The translations under genes and the position numbers were made by a program. A stretch of 20,000 bases of DNA from Candidatus Eiseniibacteriota bacterium (GTDB taxonomy: Bacteria > Orphanbacterota > Orphanbacteria > Orphanbacterales > Orphanbacteraceae). Position 1 is the first letter of the stretch, and every line of letters begins with the position of its first letter. The notes beneath the pieces were generated by a model that made no database searches, was not told the DNA's origin, and was given only the letters and a program-made list of their open reading frames with translations. The stretch spans positions 58,394 to 78,393 of the forward strand of contig JBDROZ010000052.1 in NCBI GenBank assembly GCA_043809585.1, written 5' to 3'. Shown here in pieces: positions 15,943 through 20,000 of the stretch.

Positions 15943-17003
15943 GGGCGGACGTGCGGCTACGATCGGGCGACTTCCGCCTCGAGGCCCTCTTCGAGGCGAA
16001 GCGGGGAGAGACGGTCGGGCTTCTCGGTCCGAACGGCGCGGGAAAGAGCACCCTCGTCCGAGCCCTCGCCGGACTCGTCCCCCTCGAAGAGGGGGAGGTC
16101 GTGCTCGCCGGAGAGACCCTCGAGCGGCCCGCCGCCGGGATCCGCGTTCCTCCGGAGGGTCGGGCCGCGGGGGTCCTCTTCCAGGAGCGGCTTCTCTTTC
16201 CCCATCTGACGGCGCTCGGGAACGTCGCCTACGGACCCCGGGCGCGGGGCGCGTCGAAGGCGGAAGCCCTGGCGATCGCCGAGCGGTGGCTCCGCCGTCT
16301 CGAGGTGGGGCATGTGGCGCGCGTGCCGGCGGGGGCGCTGTCGGGGGGGGAGGCCCAACGGGTCGCCCTCGCCCGGGCCCTCGCGACGGAACCGGCCATG
16401 CTCCTCCTCGACGAGCCCCTCGGGTCCCTCGATGTGGAGGCACGGCGGAAGACTTCCCGAGTCCTCCGGGAGGTTCTCGCCGGATACGCGGGCGTCAAGG
16501 TTCTCGTCACCCACGATCCCGTGGAGGCGATCACCCTGACCGACCGGTTGGTGATTCTGGAAAAGGGAATCGTGTTGCAGGAGGGTTCCCCCGCCGAGGT
16601 GCGCCGCCGGCCCCGCTCCCCCTACGTGGCATCCTTCGTCGGGCTGAACTACGTTTCGGGCGCCGTGACCCACGAGACGGGCCACACCCTGATCGGGACG
16701 GGGGACGACGCCGTTCACGCCATGGGAATGGAGTTCCCCGAGGGAACGGACGTGGTCGCCACGATTCATCCCCGGTCGATCGCGCTCTCCCTCGGCCGTC
16801 CTGTCGGCTCCCCGAGAAACGCGAAGCGGGGGGCGATCTCCTCCATCGATATCGAAGGGGACGGCGTACGGGTCTTCCTCGAGACCCGTCCCCCCCTGGC
16901 GGCCGAGATCACCCAGAACGCACTCGTCGACCTCGGCCTCTTCGAGGGCCGCGAGGTGTGGGCGACGTTCAAGGCCGCGGAGGTGATCGTCTACGAGAAG
17001 TAG
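15933..17003 (+). CDS. modC: Molybdate ABC transporter ATPase ModC with TOBE domain
   Basis: GTG 15933 after GGAGG; GPNGAGKST, LSGGEAQRVALARAL, LLLDEP, VTHD; C-terminal AEIT...LGL..G..VWATFKA (TOBE). Confidence 0.9.
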   Translation: MGLRADVRLRSGDFRLEALFEAKRGETVGLLGPNGAGKSTLVRALAGLVPLEEGEVVLAGETLERPAAGIRVPPEGRAAGVLFQERLLFPHLTALGNVAYGPRARGASKAEALAIAERWLRRLEVGHVARVPAGALSGGEAQRVALARALATEPAMLLLDEPLGSLDVEARRKTSRVLREVLAGYAGVKVLVTHDPVEAITLTDRLVILEKGIVLQEGSPAEVRRRPRSPYVASFVGLNYVSGAVTHETGHTLIGTGDDAVHAMGMEFPEGTDVVATIHPRSIALSLGRPVGSPRNAKRGAISSIDIEGDGVRVFLETRPPLAAEITQNALVDLGLFEGREVWATFKAAEVIVYEK

Positions 17004-17064
17004 ACGCGCCATAGCCCGTCGTGCCGGATGCCGAGGGGATCCGGTGCCGATCAAGGAGGTCGTC

Positions 17065-18096
17065 GTGAAAGGGGTCGTCGTCAGGGAACACGGAGGTTAC
17101 GAAGCGCTCCGGATCGAAGATCTCTCCGATCCCTCCCCGGGCGCGGGGGAGGTGCTCGTGGAGGTACGGGCGGTCGCCGTCAACTATCTCGACATCTGGG
17201 TGCGCCGGGGGGTCCCGGGCCATTCGTTCCCCCTCCCCCTCATCCCGGGAAACGACGTGGCGGGCGTGGTCGCCGGCGTCGGGGAGGGGGCGGCCGGCGT
17301 GGCCGTCGGCGACGAGGTGGTCCTCGGCCCCGGCGTCTCCTGCGGCGTCTGCCCGGCGTGCGTCTCCGGCCGCGATCACCGTTGCCGCTCCTACGGCATT
17401 CTCGGGGAGTCGAGAGACGGCGGGTGCGCCGAGAAGATCGTGGTCCCCCGGGCGAACGTCTTTCGGAAGCCGAAGAACCTCTCCTTCGAGGAGGGGGCGG
17501 CCGTTCCGCTGGCGTTTCTGACGGCATGGCACATGCTCGTGGACCGGGCGGAGATTCGTCCCGGCGAGACGGTGCTCGTCCACGCGGGGGGGAGCGGCGT
17601 GGGGAGCTCGGCCGTGCAGATCGCGAAGATGTGGGGCGCCGAGGTGATCGCGACCGCCGGAGGAGCGGAGAAGGCGGCGCGAGCGAGGGAACTCGGCGCC
17701 GATCACGTGGTGGACACGAAGAAGGACGATTTCGTGAAGGCCGTGAAGGAGATCACGGGGAAGCAGGGCGTCGACGTCGTCTTCGAACATGTCGGCGCCG
17801 CCACGTGGGAGGGGAGCCTCCGCTCCCTGGCGTGGCACGGCCGCCTCGTCACCTGCGGCGCCACGTCGGGCCACGAGGTCCCTCTGAATCTCCGGGTCCT
17901 CTTCTTCAAGTCGATCAGCATTCTCGGCTCCACCATGGGAAGCAAGGGGGAAGTGGCGGAGATATTGAGACACGTCGAGGCGGGACGCCTCCGACCCGTG
18001 GTCGATCGGGTGCTCCCTCTCGAGCGGGTCGCGGAGGCCCACCGCCTCCTCGAAGAGCGGGAGGTGTTCGGGAAGGTCGTGCTGAGAGTCTCTTAG
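17065..18096 (+). CDS. Zn-binding MDR-family oxidoreductase (quinone reductase-like)
   Basis: AAGGAGGT RBS then GTG 17065; structural Zn CGVCPAC..C; catalytic Zn positions replaced (VNYLD, GND); AGGSGVG nucleotide loop; VFGKVVL end. Confidence 0.92.
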   Translation: MKGVVVREHGGYEALRIEDLSDPSPGAGEVLVEVRAVAVNYLDIWVRRGVPGHSFPLPLIPGNDVAGVVAGVGEGAAGVAVGDEVVLGPGVSCGVCPACVSGRDHRCRSYGILGESRDGGCAEKIVVPRANVFRKPKNLSFEEGAAVPLAFLTAWHMLVDRAEIRPGETVLVHAGGSGVGSSAVQIAKMWGAEVIATAGGAEKAARARELGADHVVDTKKDDFVKAVKEITGKQGVDVVFEHVGAATWEGSLRSLAWHGRLVTCGATSGHEVPLNLRVLFFKSISILGSTMGSKGEVAEILRHVEAGRLRPVVDRVLPLERVAEAHRLLEEREVFGKVVLRVS

Positions 18097-18722
18097 AGGC
18101 GTTTCCGGTACACCGCGCCTCGGCCCGTGCCGAAGAGCCCGAAGAAGGCGACGCCGTTCAGGATCCCGTGGGCGATGATCGGGACGGCGAGGGACGATCC
18201 GAAGAAGAGGGGGGCGCCGAGGATGAGGCCGTAAACGAAGACCGCGATCCGCCCGTGGGTGCCCTTCTCCGAATGGGCGAGGGAGAAGAGCAGGGCGCTG
18301 AGCAGGAGCCCTCCCGGCCGGTTCAGGAAGTAGGCAGAGGCCGCGTAGAGCACCCCCCGGAAGAGGATCTCCTCGGTGACCGCCGTGGTGACGACGAGCA
18401 CGGCCGCCCCTGCCCGGTCGACGGCCGTGACCGGGCGCCACTCCCCTTCCGTGACCGAATCCCCCACCGGAACGATTCGCTGGTACAGGTGATTCCAGAG
18501 GACGAGCGCGGCGGCGACGGCGCCGGCGAGGAGGATCTCCGGCCCGTCCGGCCACCGGAGGCGGAGTTGGAGGAACCGGGCGACATGCCAGACGACGGGA
18601 TTCGCCTTCGCCGCGAGCCCGCGCTCGGTGCGGAAGAGGACGTGGAAGATCCCGGCGACGGCGGCGAGCGCGACGACCTGCGTGAAGAGGAGCGTCCGGA
18701 GCGTGACGACTCGTTTCGGCAT
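18093..18722 (-). CDS. CPBP (CAAX protease / Abi family) intramembrane metalloprotease
   Basis: EEILFRG, FSLAH and HGILN motifs with several TM segments; ATG at 18722 (MPKRVVT). Confidence 0.88.
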   Translation of the reverse strand: MPKRVVTLRTLLFTQVVALAAVAGIFHVLFRTERGLAAKANPVVWHVARFLQLRLRWPDGPEILLAGAVAAALVLWNHLYQRIVPVGDSVTEGEWRPVTAVDRAGAAVLVVTTAVTEEILFRGVLYAASAYFLNRPGGLLLSALLFSLAHSEKGTHGRIAVFVYGLILGAPLFFGSSLAVPIIAHGILNGVAFFGLFGTGRGAVYRKRL

Positions 18723-18769
18723 GGGGGGAGGGTAGCAGATCGAGCGGTTCTTCTGGTACGCTCTTCGCC

Positions 18770-18946
18770 ATGGACTACGAGTACCTTCGGATCGAGCATG
18801 AAGGCCCGGTGGCCGTCCTCCGATTCCACCGGCCCGACGTGGTTTACGCCTTCCACGGGCCGATGGCGCCCGAGAAGGAAGAGGCGTTCCTCTCACTCCT
18901 CGCCGGCGACGCGGCGGGGGCGACGAGGGGGGGAGGCAGGGGATGA
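18770..18946 (+). pseudogene. 58-aa ORF resembling an enoyl-CoA hydratase/crotonase N-terminus (truncated)
   Basis: MDYEYLRIEHEGPVAVLRFHRPDVVYAFHGPMAPEKEEAFLSLLAGD...; TGA overlaps the next ATG (ATGA); absent from the ORF track, apparently too short. Confidence 0.6.
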
Positions 18947-19815
18947 GTGATTCGCGGAAACCGGTCGCCCCGCCCGTCACCGACATCCACGTCCACGTGC
19001 AGCCCGCCGGACTCATCCGCGCCGGCGTGGCCGACGCCTTCCGCCGGGAAGGGTGGGGACACTACGAGTACTACGCCGAGGTGTGCCGGGATCCGGCGGT
19101 TCTTCTCGAGGAGATGAACCGGCAGGGGATCGCCCGGGTCGGTCTCGTGAACGATGTCAGCCCCGACGTCACGGGGTTCGATGAATCGTCGAACGACTTC
19201 TGCCTCGCCTACGCCGACCGCGATCGAACGCGGCTTCTCCCGATCACCGGGGTGAACGCCCTCCGCGTGAAGGACGGCGCCGCCGAGGTGGACCGTCTCG
19301 CCGATTCCGGATCCGTCGCCCTCAAGATCCACCCGCCCCACCAGGGGTACGCCGCGAACGCCTACACGGAGGGCCTCGAATCCCTCGGCTCGATCTACCG
19401 GCGCGCCGAGGAGAGGAACCTGCCGGTCGTGATCCACACCGGGACGAGCGTCTTTCCCGGCGCGAGGTGCAAGTACTCGAGGCCCATGGATCTCGATGAC
19501 GTGGCCGTCGATTTCCCGCGCCTCCGGATCGTCATGGCCCACGGGGGGCGGCCGATCTGGTACGACGAGGCGTTCTTTCTCCTCCGCCGCCATCCGAACC
19601 TCTGGCTCGACATTTCCGGCATCCCGGTCCGTAGGATTCCCGATTTCCTTCCCCGGCTTCCCGAGATCGGGACGCGGGTGATGTACGGGAGCGACTGGCC
19701 GGGCCTGGACGTCCTCGATTTCCGGACGAATGCCGACAAGTTCCTCGAACTCCCTTTCCCGGATGAGTGGAAGGCGGGAGTTCTGGACGGGCATAGCCGG
19801 ATCCTCTTTCCTTAG
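18943..19815 (+). CDS. Amidohydrolase_2 family TIM-barrel metal-dependent hydrolase
   Basis: DIHVH, LKIHP, VVIHTG, IVMAHGGRP, LWLDISG, YGSDWP; GGAGG RBS. Confidence 0.92.
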   Translation: MSDSRKPVAPPVTDIHVHVQPAGLIRAGVADAFRREGWGHYEYYAEVCRDPAVLLEEMNRQGIARVGLVNDVSPDVTGFDESSNDFCLAYADRDRTRLLPITGVNALRVKDGAAEVDRLADSGSVALKIHPPHQGYAANAYTEGLESLGSIYRRAEERNLPVVIHTGTSVFPGARCKYSRPMDLDDVAVDFPRLRIVMAHGGRPIWYDEAFFLLRRHPNLWLDISGIPVRRIPDFLPRLPEIGTRVMYGSDWPGLDVLDFRTNADKFLELPFPDEWKAGVLDGHSRILFP

Positions 19816-19967
19816 CCTGGATTATGCACAAATCTCCTACTGCGATCTCGGATCGCCGCCTGCGAAGCCTCCTTTCCTTCGCCGCCTCCTCGATGGGGCC
19901 CGTCGGGCGCTTGGACTTATCGCGACGGCTAGGAGCGATAAGTGGTAGCGCCCGGGGGGAGGCTCTC

Positions 19968-20000
19968 ATGACTACACCTCCGGTGGCGGAAGTCCGACCG
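19968..20000 (+). CDS. Start of a gene (partial), possibly an S9 oligopeptidase
   Basis: GGAGG 6 nt before ATG; MTTPPVAEVRP resembles the PPVA..P N-termini of S9 peptidases. Only 11 codons are visible. Confidence 0.35.
   Translation, partial: MTTPPVAEVRP

Overview
GC-rich bacterial chromosomal window. 1-4376 is a SUF Fe-S operon (sufB 3' end, sufC, sufD, sufS, sufU, sufT-like). 4516-7300 is trkA-trkH K+ uptake. 12095-18096 is a tightly packed + strand run: OPT-family transporter, YtxJ/BrxC-like bacilliredoxin, modABC and a Zn-MDR oxidoreductase. It is followed by a convergent CPBP protease, a 58-aa crotonase-like fragment missed by the ORF track, an amidohydrolase and a gene start at the right edge. 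The unusual part is 7300-12090. It holds a Cys-rich secreted protein ending in a TPTEETSWGSIKTMYR tail (candidate C-terminal sorting signal), a convergent SurA/PrsA-like foldase and an orphan secreted protein. These sit among at least three families of small palindromic repeats, a ~100-bp degenerate direct repeat and a 123-nt strand-biased hairpin. The SWGxIK tail suggests an Eisenbacteria/Krumholzibacteriota/Latescibacterota-like host (inference from recalled motif distribution). No CRISPR, tRNA, rRNA, transposase or integrase was seen. All calls are by motif recognition, with no database searches run.
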